Source of the DNA: Bacteroidota bacterium | GTDB lineage: Bacteria > Bacteroidota > Bacteroidia > Bacteroidales > GCA-2711565 | Reading direction: 5' to 3' | Assembly (NCBI GenBank): GCA_003353955.1 | Contig: PIVJ01000005.1 | Location: 479 to 64,478 of the forward strand | DNA: 64,000 nucleotides | In this document: piece by piece, positions 11,074-19,896 of the stretch | Numbering within the stretch: the first letter of the stretch is position 1 | How the letters are laid out: each line of letters starts with the position of its first letter | The notes under the pieces: model-generated | What the model was told of the DNA's origin: nothing | Databases searched by the model: none | The model's input: the letters and a program-made list of their open reading frames with translations, nothing else | Position numbers and translations under genes: made by a program

Positions 11074-13773
11074 TTACAGCTCTAAAGCCATTTGTCCATT
11101 ATCATCTTCTATTTCGTTGGTATCATCCTCTATTGTTTGACTGCTTTTGAGATCATCTTCCATGGCCACATCTTTGTTCTCCGTTTCGATTTCAGCATCC
11201 AAACGATCTTCATGTAGTTCAACTTCTTCTTCCTCACTTAACTCATATGGCAGAGCCTCAAGCCAATTAAATTTCTTGATTACAAAATTTGACATTCTTT
11301 TACCCTTGGCTTTGTAGCTTTTAACTCCAATAAATTCATCAAGTTGAATCACATCATTCGGAATCTCTTTCGCATTTTTTTTGTGATCAAATATTACCTC
11401 GATTTGTGGTAAATAATCGAGGCTTGTACTTATGAGTTTAGTTTCAAGATGTTCAGGTATAAATTCAATTTTCTTATTACCATTTGTAGATAAATCAATT
11501 TGAAATCTTTTGACGTACATTTTATCTAACTGCCCATCAAGATAAATAGCAGAGATAATTTTTCGACTATCAAATTTCTCGATCCAAATCATGTCCTCAT
11601 CAAAATGGTTGGACAAATCATAGTTTATTAATCGATAAAATCCTGATTGCATTATGGTTAGTATTTTTTCTTCACCTTTAAAGGCACCTAAATAAGTACC
11701 TCGTTCCTCAGAGTTTAGTCTTTTAACAGTATCATCATACCAAATATCTCTGGCACCCAAGGTTGAAATACCTTCCTCTTTTTTTACAATAGATTTTATA
11801 GAGTGCTTTGTTAAGGTATTTCCTTTTGATGACCTGCCTTTTATTGCTAATTCAGAGAAATCGTATTCAAATGATAATATTTTAAGTCTGGGTTTAGGTC
11901 GTAAATGTATTTTTAAGGTTTCTGCCTCTCCATTCGGATTTGCAGTAAAGTAAGTAATCTTTGATGCCTCAGTCCCTTTTGTTAATGAATATTCTTTATC
12001 TCGCGTAACGCCCAAAACCGCAAATCTTTTTACAAATGATTTCCCTCTTTTACCATCTCTATAGATTAAATTATATACGGTTCGATTATCATTCTTTTTA
12101 AATACGTCAATATGTATCACATTCTTACCAATAAACACTTTGGGAGCAACTTTGGTAACGATAAATGTACCGTTATCTCTAAATGCAATAATATCGTCTA
12201 TATCCGAGCATTCACACACAAAATCATCTTTTCGCAAATTGGTTCCTGCAAAGCCTTCTTCCTTATTGAGATACAATCGTTGATTTGCTGCCGCTACCAT
12301 AGTTGCTTGTATGGTGTCGAAATTTCGAATTTCAGTTCTACGCTCTTTACCTTTTGAATATTTCTTCTTAATTTGCCTATAATAATTAATAGAATAATCG
12401 ATGAGGTGGGCCAAATGGGTTTTAACCTCTAACATTTCATTTTCATAACCCTTAATCAATTCATCTGCTTTTAATGAACTGAATTTGGATATCCGTTTAA
12501 TTCTAATTTCAGTCAGGCGAACGATATCATCCTTGGTAATTTCTCGTAAAAATTTATCCTTGAATGGCTCTAAGCCATCATCAATAGCTTTTAATACTGC
12601 TTCCCAGGTTTTACATTTCTCTATCAGAATATAAATTCGGTTTTCAATAAATACCTTTTCTAAGGATGAAAAGTGCCATTGCTCCTCCAATTCAGATAAC
12701 CTGATTTCCAACTCCTTTTTAAGCAATAATACCGTACTATCAACTGAGGATTGTAGAATTTCTCTCACTCCGGTAAATTTCGGCTTACCATTGTCTATTA
12801 TACATGAGTTTGGCGAAATAGAAACCTCACAATTTGTGAAGGCATATAAGGCATCAATGGTTTGATCAGGGGAAACACCCGGTGATAAATAAATAAGTAT
12901 TTCAACATTTTCGGCTGTATTATCATCTATTTTCCGAATCTTAATTTTACCCTTATCATTGGCAGAAATTATCGATTCTATTAAACTCATTGTAGTTGTA
13001 GAAAATGGTATTTCAGTAATAGCCAATGTTTTTTTATCACGCTGAACAATTTTACTTCGGATTCTAACTTTACCGCCTCTTAATCCATCATTATACCTGG
13101 AAAAATCTCCCAGCCCTCCGGTTAAGAAATCAGGGTATATCTCAAATTCTTTTTTCTGCAAATAGGCAATGGAAGCATCAATAAGTTCAATGAAATTATG
13201 GGGTAATATTTTCGAGGCGAGCCCAACTGCGATTCCTTCAACACCTTGGGCTAATAATAGTGGGAACTTAACCGGTAAACAGACGGGCTCTTTATTTCTG
13301 CCGTCGTACGAAAGTTTCCAATTGGTAGTTTTGGGGTTGAATAAAACATCTAGTGCAAATTTTGAAAGCCGTGCTTCGATATATCTGGGTGCCGCTGCTC
13401 TATCTCCGGTTAAGATATTACCCCAGTTTCCCTGTGCATCAACCAGTAACTCTTTTTGCCCCAACTGTACCAATGCATCTCCTATAGATGCATCACCATG
13501 TGGGTGGTATTTCATGGTATGACCAATAATGTTGGCGACTTTGTTGTAACGCCCGTCATCAAGCTCTTTCATAGCATGCATAATCCTTCGCTGTACCGGT
13601 TTTAGCCCATCGTACACATCAGGTACGGCACGCTCCAAAATTACGTACGAAGCGTAATCCAAAAACCAATTCTCATACATTCCTGAAAGATGCAGCGTTT
13701 TATGAATATCCCCTCCTTGAGATTCCTCAGGTGTAGTTTCTAAAATTTCATCATTTTCATTAATTCCATCCAT
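11074..13773 (-). CDS. parC: DNA topoisomerase IV subunit A
   Basis: 899 aa. NWFLDYASYVILERAVPDVYDGLKPVQRRIMH and MKYHPHGD type IIA motifs. The length and N-terminal signature fit Bacteroidota ParC rather than GyrA. Confidence 0.8.
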   Translation of the reverse strand: MDGINENDEILETTPEESQGGDIHKTLHLSGMYENWFLDYASYVILERAVPDVYDGLKPVQRRIMHAMKELDDGRYNKVANIIGHTMKYHPHGDASIGDALVQLGQKELLVDAQGNWGNILTGDRAAAPRYIEARLSKFALDVLFNPKTTNWKLSYDGRNKEPVCLPVKFPLLLAQGVEGIAVGLASKILPHNFIELIDASIAYLQKKEFEIYPDFLTGGLGDFSRYNDGLRGGKVRIRSKIVQRDKKTLAITEIPFSTTTMSLIESIISANDKGKIKIRKIDDNTAENVEILIYLSPGVSPDQTIDALYAFTNCEVSISPNSCIIDNGKPKFTGVREILQSSVDSTVLLLKKELEIRLSELEEQWHFSSLEKVFIENRIYILIEKCKTWEAVLKAIDDGLEPFKDKFLREITKDDIVRLTEIRIKRISKFSSLKADELIKGYENEMLEVKTHLAHLIDYSINYYRQIKKKYSKGKERRTEIRNFDTIQATMVAAANQRLYLNKEEGFAGTNLRKDDFVCECSDIDDIIAFRDNGTFIVTKVAPKVFIGKNVIHIDVFKKNDNRTVYNLIYRDGKRGKSFVKRFAVLGVTRDKEYSLTKGTEASKITYFTANPNGEAETLKIHLRPKPRLKILSFEYDFSELAIKGRSSKGNTLTKHSIKSIVKKEEGISTLGARDIWYDDTVKRLNSEERGTYLGAFKGEEKILTIMQSGFYRLINYDLSNHFDEDMIWIEKFDSRKIISAIYLDGQLDKMYVKRFQIDLSTNGNKKIEFIPEHLETKLISTSLDYLPQIEVIFDHKKNAKEIPNDVIQLDEFIGVKSYKAKGKRMSNFVIKKFNWLEALPYELSEEEEVELHEDRLDAEIETENKDVAMEDDLKSSQTIEDDTNEIEDDNGQMALEL

Positions 13774-13950
13774 AATATAATAAGCGATTTAATTATTGGA
13801 AGTATGCATGCCTGTTCACCAGTGTTTTTAAAGAGTCGCTAATTTAAGCTATTGTTTTATTCAATCAATTTCCCGGATAGGATTTAAATAAAATTAATTA
13901 CCAAAGGCTTCTCATCGTATCCAAGTACCTCAATATTTATGTGCAAAATA

Positions 13951-14244
13951 TTAATTCTCTCTCAATACGAAGTCATCATACTCAATCTCAAATCGAAGCG
14001 TATGCTTTGATTCTTCCTGAGCCAACGACAGAAGAATATCTTTTTATTCACTAGTTGGAGCTTTATCTTTTATTTTTAACAAACGTGATTTATGATCCAT
14101 TTCCTCTTTCGCAAGTTGTTCAAAAACAACCTTCATCTCGCTATTTTTTGAATTGGATGCTAAGGCAGAATAAAATTCAACCGCTTCTTGCTCTGGTTCA
14201 ATTGCAACATCTAAAATATCATTGATCGTTTTAAACTTTCCCAT
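13951..14244 (-). pseudogene. Ferritin-like/rubrerythrin-family gene with in-frame TAA and apparent internal deletion
   Basis: The 66-aa ORF carries the first ExxH helix pair (EFY..., LAKEEMDHK). After the TAA at 14044-14046 the same frame continues with KDILLSLAQEESKHTLRFEIEYDDFVLREN up to the stop at 13951-13953. The middle helix expected in this family is absent. Confidence 0.6.
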
Positions 14245-14285
14245 TCGGGCTTCTTTTTATAAATACATTAAGTTAATTGAACTTA

Positions 14286-14293
14286 CAAAGATA
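14286..14293 (-). promoter_or_regulatory. Bacteroidota-type -7 box TAnnTTTG upstream of the ferritin-like gene
   Basis: TATCTTTG on the minus strand, 42 nt upstream of the ATG at 14244. Confidence 0.45.
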
Positions 14294-14768
14294 TGAATTT
14301 AAAAGATTCTTTCATTTCATAATTTCTGCAATTCCGGTATATAATGTTAACAAATGAAGCTCTCCTGGAATATGAAATACAATCTATTTTTGTTGAAGAA
14401 ATATCCTTTGATTTATATATATTTCTCTGGATTTTTGATTGGAGTTCCGTAAAATAAGAGAGTCCGAACTTTTAGTTTCTTTTTTAAAAAGTATTTCTCT
14501 TGTTTCGAAATACCTTTATAAAAATCTGGAAAGCAGAAAATAAATGATATTGTTGTTACTACAAGAAAAAGACTTATTCCCCACCAAAAATTCATATTAA
14601 AAAAGGGGGAGGGCGAAAACGCAAAGTTTAAAGCTGGATTTTTAGAAGAAAATAAGAGAATATGGTATTCGTGCAAAAGATGCACGAACGATATTAAATG
14701 AAAGAATACTCACTCGAGGGGTTTGTTGTCCTTTTCAGTTTTATTGGCTAAATAAATCAGCCTCTTCT

Positions 14769-15830
14769 TTATACCGCAAACCCACCATCGACAGCACTAT
14801 CTCGCGGTATTGTATCGTAATTCTCAATTACTCGATCAAGTGTTGGGGCATATATTTTTGAGTCAGACATGTTTCCCCTTTCCATATAACAGTCCAGAAT
14901 TAGGTTGCTTTTTCCTGATGTTAGGTTGATTTTATGACCAAAGATAATATCACGACTACCCTTCACTATAATATCTGTGTGCCGTTCAAATATTGAAAAT
15001 ATTTTTTCGCTATTTGGCACTTTTTCGCCTTTCAGCTCTTTTCTGAAAGAAATGTCGTACACCTGTTTCATAATTGGTGAAAGATCTTCTAAAAGACACA
15101 TGTAAGCTATTGCTTTAATGCTAACGCAATTGTCCTTTTTTTTTATCACATTGGATACCTGATTGATGCACTTGGTAAATGTTTGCAGTTGTTTTACAAA
15201 CAACTTGATCTTTTTGTCTTTTGATGCCGTGTTGTTTATTTTAAAGAAAATATTTTTTGCACCTTTCGTGTAGTCCCGATATGAAAATCCACCTATTTCC
15301 TTACTAAGCTTGTTCAAGTGGTCATTACTCGTTCTAATGCAGTCCCATATCAATGAATTGTTCGTTGGGTGGTGGATATTAGTCTCGATAGTTGTGGTGT
15401 CTTGACGTATCTTTTCTAAACTCTCAAGCCCTTCGTTTATGGCTATCTTATTTAACTCAACCAGTACTTCACTTAGTTTAGCAGGCTTTATGCGAGATAT
15501 GTACTTTTGATACAACTGAAAACTATACGGGCGTAATGGGTCGATTTTAATAAAAAGGGCTGCTATCCGAGAATCTTCCTGGTGGTATTCCAGTCCCCTG
15601 TAATCTAACCCTTTTAATTCTTTGTAAATACCGGCTCTTACAATTTGCTCAATACTGGGGGTGTCTTTTCGCCCTAATTTATTATTACCATTACTTTCTG
15701 ATATCCCTTCACCTAAAGTAGTTATAATATGCGGATGCTTATCTAATACACTGTCTATCAATCCTAACTCCAAGTCGTTTTTCCAGTTTGCTTGTTCAAA
15801 GAGTATCTTAAAATCTTCAAAAAGTTGCAT
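14769..15830 (-). mobile_element. Truncated DDE transposase (IS5/ISNCY-like), IS remnant
   Basis: 353-aa ORF with a DUF772-like N-terminal region (GRKDTPSIEQIVRAGIYKELKGLDYRGLEYHQEDS) and first catalytic Asp block RQDTTTIETNIHHPTNNSLIWD. It stops right after the second Asp block (AVDGGFAV). The C-terminal third with the catalytic Glu is missing, and I found no terminal inverted repeats. Confidence 0.6.
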
Positions 15831-15916
15831 TTTTGCTTTAAAGATACTAAAAGCAAATTTGAATTAAGGTAATTTAATGACCTGATTTACTAGTAATTAT
15901 TGTTTGTAGACAGACA

Positions 15917-16507
15917 CTAATTACTTATTGGGTTATTGGGGAATGAAGGCCATAATAAATAGTCTCCACCCAATTTTTCCAGGCACATTTTCCACAACAA
16001 TTCCGGCTTGGTGTTTAGTAAGAATTCGGACTTTGCACGAGAAACAACCCATGAATTTCGCTTAAGTTCCTTATCGAGTTGATCAGGCAACCAACCGGAA
16101 TAACCGATATAAAATCGGATGTTTTCCGGTTTAATTTTTTTCAGGAGAATCATTTCTTTAACTACTTCCATTTTACCGCCCCAATAAAGATCCTTCGAAA
16201 TTTCCATACTTCCTTCGATTAAATCTCCCAACGTATGAATAAAAAATAAACTTTCACTTTCGACAGGACCACCAAGAAATATTTCGCCTTCAAAATGCGG
16301 AAAATCAGTAATTAGTTTATTCAGTTTCACTGTTAAAGGCTTGTTCATAATCACCCCAAAAGATCCTTCTTCATTATGATCAGCGAGTAAGACAACTGCT
16401 CTCTTAAAATAATAATCGCCCAAAAAAGGTTCGGATATAAGTATCTTCCCTTTCTCCGGTTTAATATCATTTGTTTTAATTGATAATATGTCTTCGAGTT
16501 TACGCAT
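15917..16507 (-). CDS. YqgE/AlgH family protein (UPF0301)
   Basis: 196 aa. LISEPFLGDYYFKRAVVLLADHNEEGSFGVIMNKP matches the AlgH-family signature. Confidence 0.8.
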   Translation of the reverse strand: MRKLEDILSIKTNDIKPEKGKILISEPFLGDYYFKRAVVLLADHNEEGSFGVIMNKPLTVKLNKLITDFPHFEGEIFLGGPVESESLFFIHTLGDLIEGSMEISKDLYWGGKMEVVKEMILLKKIKPENIRFYIGYSGWLPDQLDKELKRNSWVVSRAKSEFLLNTKPELLWKMCLEKLGGDYLLWPSFPNNPISN

Positions 16508-16551
16508 CTAATTATTTCCAAATTATTAACGGCAAATTATTAATTTTACCC

Positions 16552-16559
16552 TAAGTTTG
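16552..16559 (+). promoter_or_regulatory. Bacteroidota-type -7 box TAnnTTTG upstream of the PP-loop-like gene
   Basis: TAAGTTTG, 44 nt upstream of the GTG at 16603. Confidence 0.4.
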
Positions 16560-16602
16560 AATCACCAAATATTACAGTATCAAAAACAATACCATATATT
16601 AA

Positions 16603-17982
16603 GTGAAAGTTGCTGATAAGCATAAAATGTTTCTTAGGTTACGCGAAGAATATCCTTTTCTTGTGTTTGAAAACTACACAATTAAGCTAGCTGAGGATGT
16701 CTTATCTTTAACTTTTAAATTTAATATTAGTGACAAATATTCATTTGAACCGCAACTAACTTTCCCATTAAAGAACAAATTTCTCAAATCAAGACTATCC
16801 GATATCGATATCAGAAATCTTGTATTTCACATTGGAATGATTGAATTAATTAGCTATTGGAAAGCCTGTTGTTGTCCGGAAATTATCATTAAACCTCATC
16901 TGTTAGACAAGGAACAGATAAACTGGTGGAAGAAGTTATATTTTAATGGATTGGGAGAATTCTTTTACTTGAATGGCATAAAAACAAATCAGGAATCATT
17001 TGTTAAAATCACATCTGAATCAACGGATAGATTGAAAAGTCAACATTTTGATCTCGATGATTCTGTAATTGTTCCGATTGGAGGAGGAAAAGACTCAATC
17101 GTTAGTTTAGCGCTCTTAAATGAAAGTCATTTTACAGTTACTCCCTTGATTTTAAATGCGAATCCTGCACGTAGAAATAGTATTCTTGTTTCCGGTATAC
17201 CAGCAGCGCAGACCATAGAAATACAACGGACAATCCATCCTCAATTACTCGAATTAAACAATCTTGGATTTTTAAATGGCCATACCCCCTTTTCAGCTGT
17301 TCTTGCATTTATCAGTTTATTGGCAAGTGTTGTTTATGACCGTAAATATATTGCACTTTCGAATGAATCAAGTGCCAACGAATCAACAATTATTAACACA
17401 AACATCAATCATCAGTATTCCAAATCTTTTGAATTTGAACAAGATTTAAGGAAATATGTAAACGATTATATCTCAACTGAAATTAACTATTTTAGTTTTC
17501 TCAGACCGCTAAATGAGCTACAGATCGCCAGATTGTTTTCAAAGAATAAAGCTCATTTTAGCACTTTTAGAAGTTGTAATGTTGGGAGTAAAACCAATGA
17601 ATGGTGCGGCAAATGTCCAAAATGCCTATTCACTTTTATAATACTAAGTCCATTCATTGAGGAGAAAGAATTAGAAATTATATTTGGAAGTAATCTTCTT
17701 GACAATTCAGCGTTTCTTACTATTTTTGATCAGTTAATCGGTACAACACCCACCAAACCTTTTGAATGCGTTGGCACCTATGATGACATCAATGTGGCAT
17801 TACTACTTAAATTAAAGTCAACTTCAAGTGAGAATCTTCCTAAATTACTTGAATATTATGTTCAAACAAAAGTTTATACTTCTTACAAGAATTTCAATTC
17901 TGAGAATATACTAAATCGATTAAATCCTGATCATAATCTTACATCCGAATTTTTATCCTTAATAAATGCAGAAAGAATATGA
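16603..17982 (+). CDS. PP-loop ATPase-like protein of unknown function (candidate MurL-type epimerase)
   Basis: 459-aa ORF (GTG start; alternative ATG at 16627). Mid-protein PP-loop-like motif PIGGGKDS and Cys motif WCGKCPKC. The stop overlaps the start of the downstream Mur ligase gene (ATGA at 17979-17982). Confidence 0.5.
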   Translation: MKVADKHKMFLRLREEYPFLVFENYTIKLAEDVLSLTFKFNISDKYSFEPQLTFPLKNKFLKSRLSDIDIRNLVFHIGMIELISYWKACCCPEIIIKPHLLDKEQINWWKKLYFNGLGEFFYLNGIKTNQESFVKITSESTDRLKSQHFDLDDSVIVPIGGGKDSIVSLALLNESHFTVTPLILNANPARRNSILVSGIPAAQTIEIQRTIHPQLLELNNLGFLNGHTPFSAVLAFISLLASVVYDRKYIALSNESSANESTIINTNINHQYSKSFEFEQDLRKYVNDYISTEINYFSFLRPLNELQIARLFSKNKAHFSTFRSCNVGSKTNEWCGKCPKCLFTFIILSPFIEEKELEIIFGSNLLDNSAFLTIFDQLIGTTPTKPFECVGTYDDINVALLLKLKSTSSENLPKLLEYYVQTKVYTSYKNFNSENILNRLNPDHNLTSEFLSLINAERI

Positions 17983-19355
17983 AGGAAATAATTGGGAATC
18001 TTATAAAAGGAAAAACAGTGATGATCTTGGGATTCGGTCGTGAGGGAATTAGCACCTATGATGTTATCCGAAAATACTTTCCTGAAAAACCAATTATTAT
18101 CGCAGATCGTAACCCTGCTATTCAGATTGTACAAGAAATCAGAACAACTGACAAATTTGCAGCATTCAGCCTTGAAAAAGATTATTTAAACAGTATTCGT
18201 GATGTTGAAATAATATTCAAATCTCCGGGCGTTAATCTCAATAAAAGAGAGATTAATCCTAACACGCACATCCATACACAAACACAATTATTTCTGAGTA
18301 AATATTCACATCAAACAATTGGAATAACTGGCACTAAAGGTAAATCAACAACCGCTAGTTTACTTCAGCATATTTTAATCCAATCAAAACTAGACAGTGT
18401 CCTGCTAGGAAATATTGGAATAGCTCCTTTCTCAATGATCGAAAGCATTAAGAAAGATACGAAAATTGTATTTGAGCTCTCCGCACATCAATTGGAAGAT
18501 GTTTCTGTTTCGCCACACATTGGAATATTGTTAAATATCTTTGAAGAACATTTAGACCACTTTGATGATTATTCGAAATACATTTCAGCTAAAAACAAAA
18601 TATTTGATTTCCAGCATAAAAACGATGTTAGGATAGTCAATCTGAATCAAACGGATAAAGTAAAGAATTTTGAAAAAGAGTTAAAGAGTAGATTCATTGG
18701 ATTCTCATCAGAGAATGATACCAAAGCTAATTGTTTCCTTGATAATGGTTTTATCAACCTAAGATATAAGAAAGGTGGAAAAACTCAATTAATTAAATCA
18801 TCAGAAATAAAAACACTTATTGGAAAACACAACCTGTCAAATATAATGGCTGCCATACTTTGTTGCAAGGAATTGGGTTTGCTAGATGATCAGATAATAG
18901 CCGGGATTAATTCTTTCAAAAGCTTAGAGCATCGCCTGGAATACGTGGGATACTATAAAAGCATTCATTTTTATAATGATTCAATTGCTACTATTCCCGA
19001 AGCTACAATTGAAGCCATCAAGACTCTTCCGGATATTAATACAATTATATTGGGTGGGTATGACCGGGGGCTCGATTTTCAAAAACTAATTGAATTTATT
19101 TCCGATTCTGATGTTGAAAATATACTTTTATTGGGTATAGCCGGGAAAAGAATGCTGGAACTATTTTACCAAATTAATCCAGTGAATAAGAAAATTAATT
19201 TTGTAGCAGATTTAAAAACCGCCATGAAAATAGTGGTTAAATTTACAAAGCCAAATAAAACGTGTTTGCTATCACCTGCAGCGGCCAGTTACGATCAATT
19301 TAATGATTTTGAGGAACGCGGACGATGTTATAAAAAAATAGCAAGAAACTTATAG
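17979..19355 (+). CDS. MurD-like Mur-family ligase (atypical; candidate MurD2-type)
   Basis: 458 aa. Mur ligase P-loop GITGTKGKSTT, plus HLDHF, GKHNLSN, LEHRLE and SPAAASYDQFNDFEERG as in MurD. The MurD motif NDSKATN reads NDSIATI. Not located next to other mur/fts genes. Confidence 0.75.
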   Translation: MKEIIGNLIKGKTVMILGFGREGISTYDVIRKYFPEKPIIIADRNPAIQIVQEIRTTDKFAAFSLEKDYLNSIRDVEIIFKSPGVNLNKREINPNTHIHTQTQLFLSKYSHQTIGITGTKGKSTTASLLQHILIQSKLDSVLLGNIGIAPFSMIESIKKDTKIVFELSAHQLEDVSVSPHIGILLNIFEEHLDHFDDYSKYISAKNKIFDFQHKNDVRIVNLNQTDKVKNFEKELKSRFIGFSSENDTKANCFLDNGFINLRYKKGGKTQLIKSSEIKTLIGKHNLSNIMAAILCCKELGLLDDQIIAGINSFKSLEHRLEYVGYYKSIHFYNDSIATIPEATIEAIKTLPDINTIILGGYDRGLDFQKLIEFISDSDVENILLLGIAGKRMLELFYQINPVNKKINFVADLKTAMKIVVKFTKPNKTCLLSPAAASYDQFNDFEERGRCYKKIARNL

Positions 19356-19387
19356 TTCCTTGCTATTTATCCGTGAAATTCGTCCTG

Positions 19388-19789
19388 TTATGCCTTATCT
19401 TTCTTCTCTTCAGGTTCTTTAATCTCCTCTTTTTTTGCCGATGTTTTTTTCGCTGTAGGTTTTGATAATGCTTCTTTCTTTACTGATTTCTTATCAGGGG
19501 TATCATCCACCTTTTTTGAAACTACTTTCTTAAGTTCGGCTTTTCCTTTTGTTTCTACCTTTGGTTTTCCTTTTGTTTCTACTTTTGTTTTCTCTTTTGT
19601 TTCTACTTTTGTTTTCTCTTTTGTTTCTACTTTTGGTTTTTCTTCTTTTTCGACAATGGATTTTGAAGCCTTAACTTTCTTATTATCAGCTTTGATTTTG
19701 CATGTTGGTTTCTTTTTCTTTGGTCGTCTTACTCCATAAGTACCTGCAATAATTTTACCTCTTTTAGTCTTTTTATCTCCTTTTCCCAT
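19388..19789 (-). CDS. 30S ribosomal protein bTHX fused to a Lys/Glu-rich repetitive C-terminal extension
   Basis: N-terminus MGKGDKKTKRGKIIAGTYGVRRPKKKK is the THX peptide signature. About 105 aa of K/E/T/V low-complexity sequence follow, with four KVETKxKx repeats. Confidence 0.8.
   Translation of the reverse strand: MGKGDKKTKRGKIIAGTYGVRRPKKKKPTCKIKADNKKVKASKSIVEKEEKPKVETKEKTKVETKEKTKVETKGKPKVETKGKAELKKVVSKKVDDTPDKKSVKKEALSKPTAKKTSAKKEEIKEPEEKKDKA
19547..19642. repeat. Tandem repeat, 4 x 24 nt, inside the THX-fusion gene
   Basis: TTTTGTTTCTAC recurs at 19547, 19571, 19595 and 19619 with an exact 24-nt period. It encodes KVETK(E/G)K(T/P) on the minus strand. Confidence 0.9.
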
Positions 19790-19896
19790 AATATTAACAC
19801 TCGTATTTTAATTCAACGTAAAGTTAACATTATTTTGTTAGTAATAATTATGTATCCTCTTGTTTTTTCACTCTAAAAAACTTATTCCCCAAAAAT

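Noticed and set aside
14413-14685. 90-aa ORF downstream of the truncated transposase
   Set aside because: It has no recognisable family, a hydrophobic low-complexity sequence and no promoter motif, and it lies in the scar region of an IS remnant. A small membrane protein cannot be excluded, but the evidence is insufficient to call it.
19547-19642. Short tandem repeats that could be mistaken for a CRISPR-like array
   Set aside because: The units are contiguous 24-nt repeats with no spacers, and they lie in frame within the Lys-rich tail of the THX gene.
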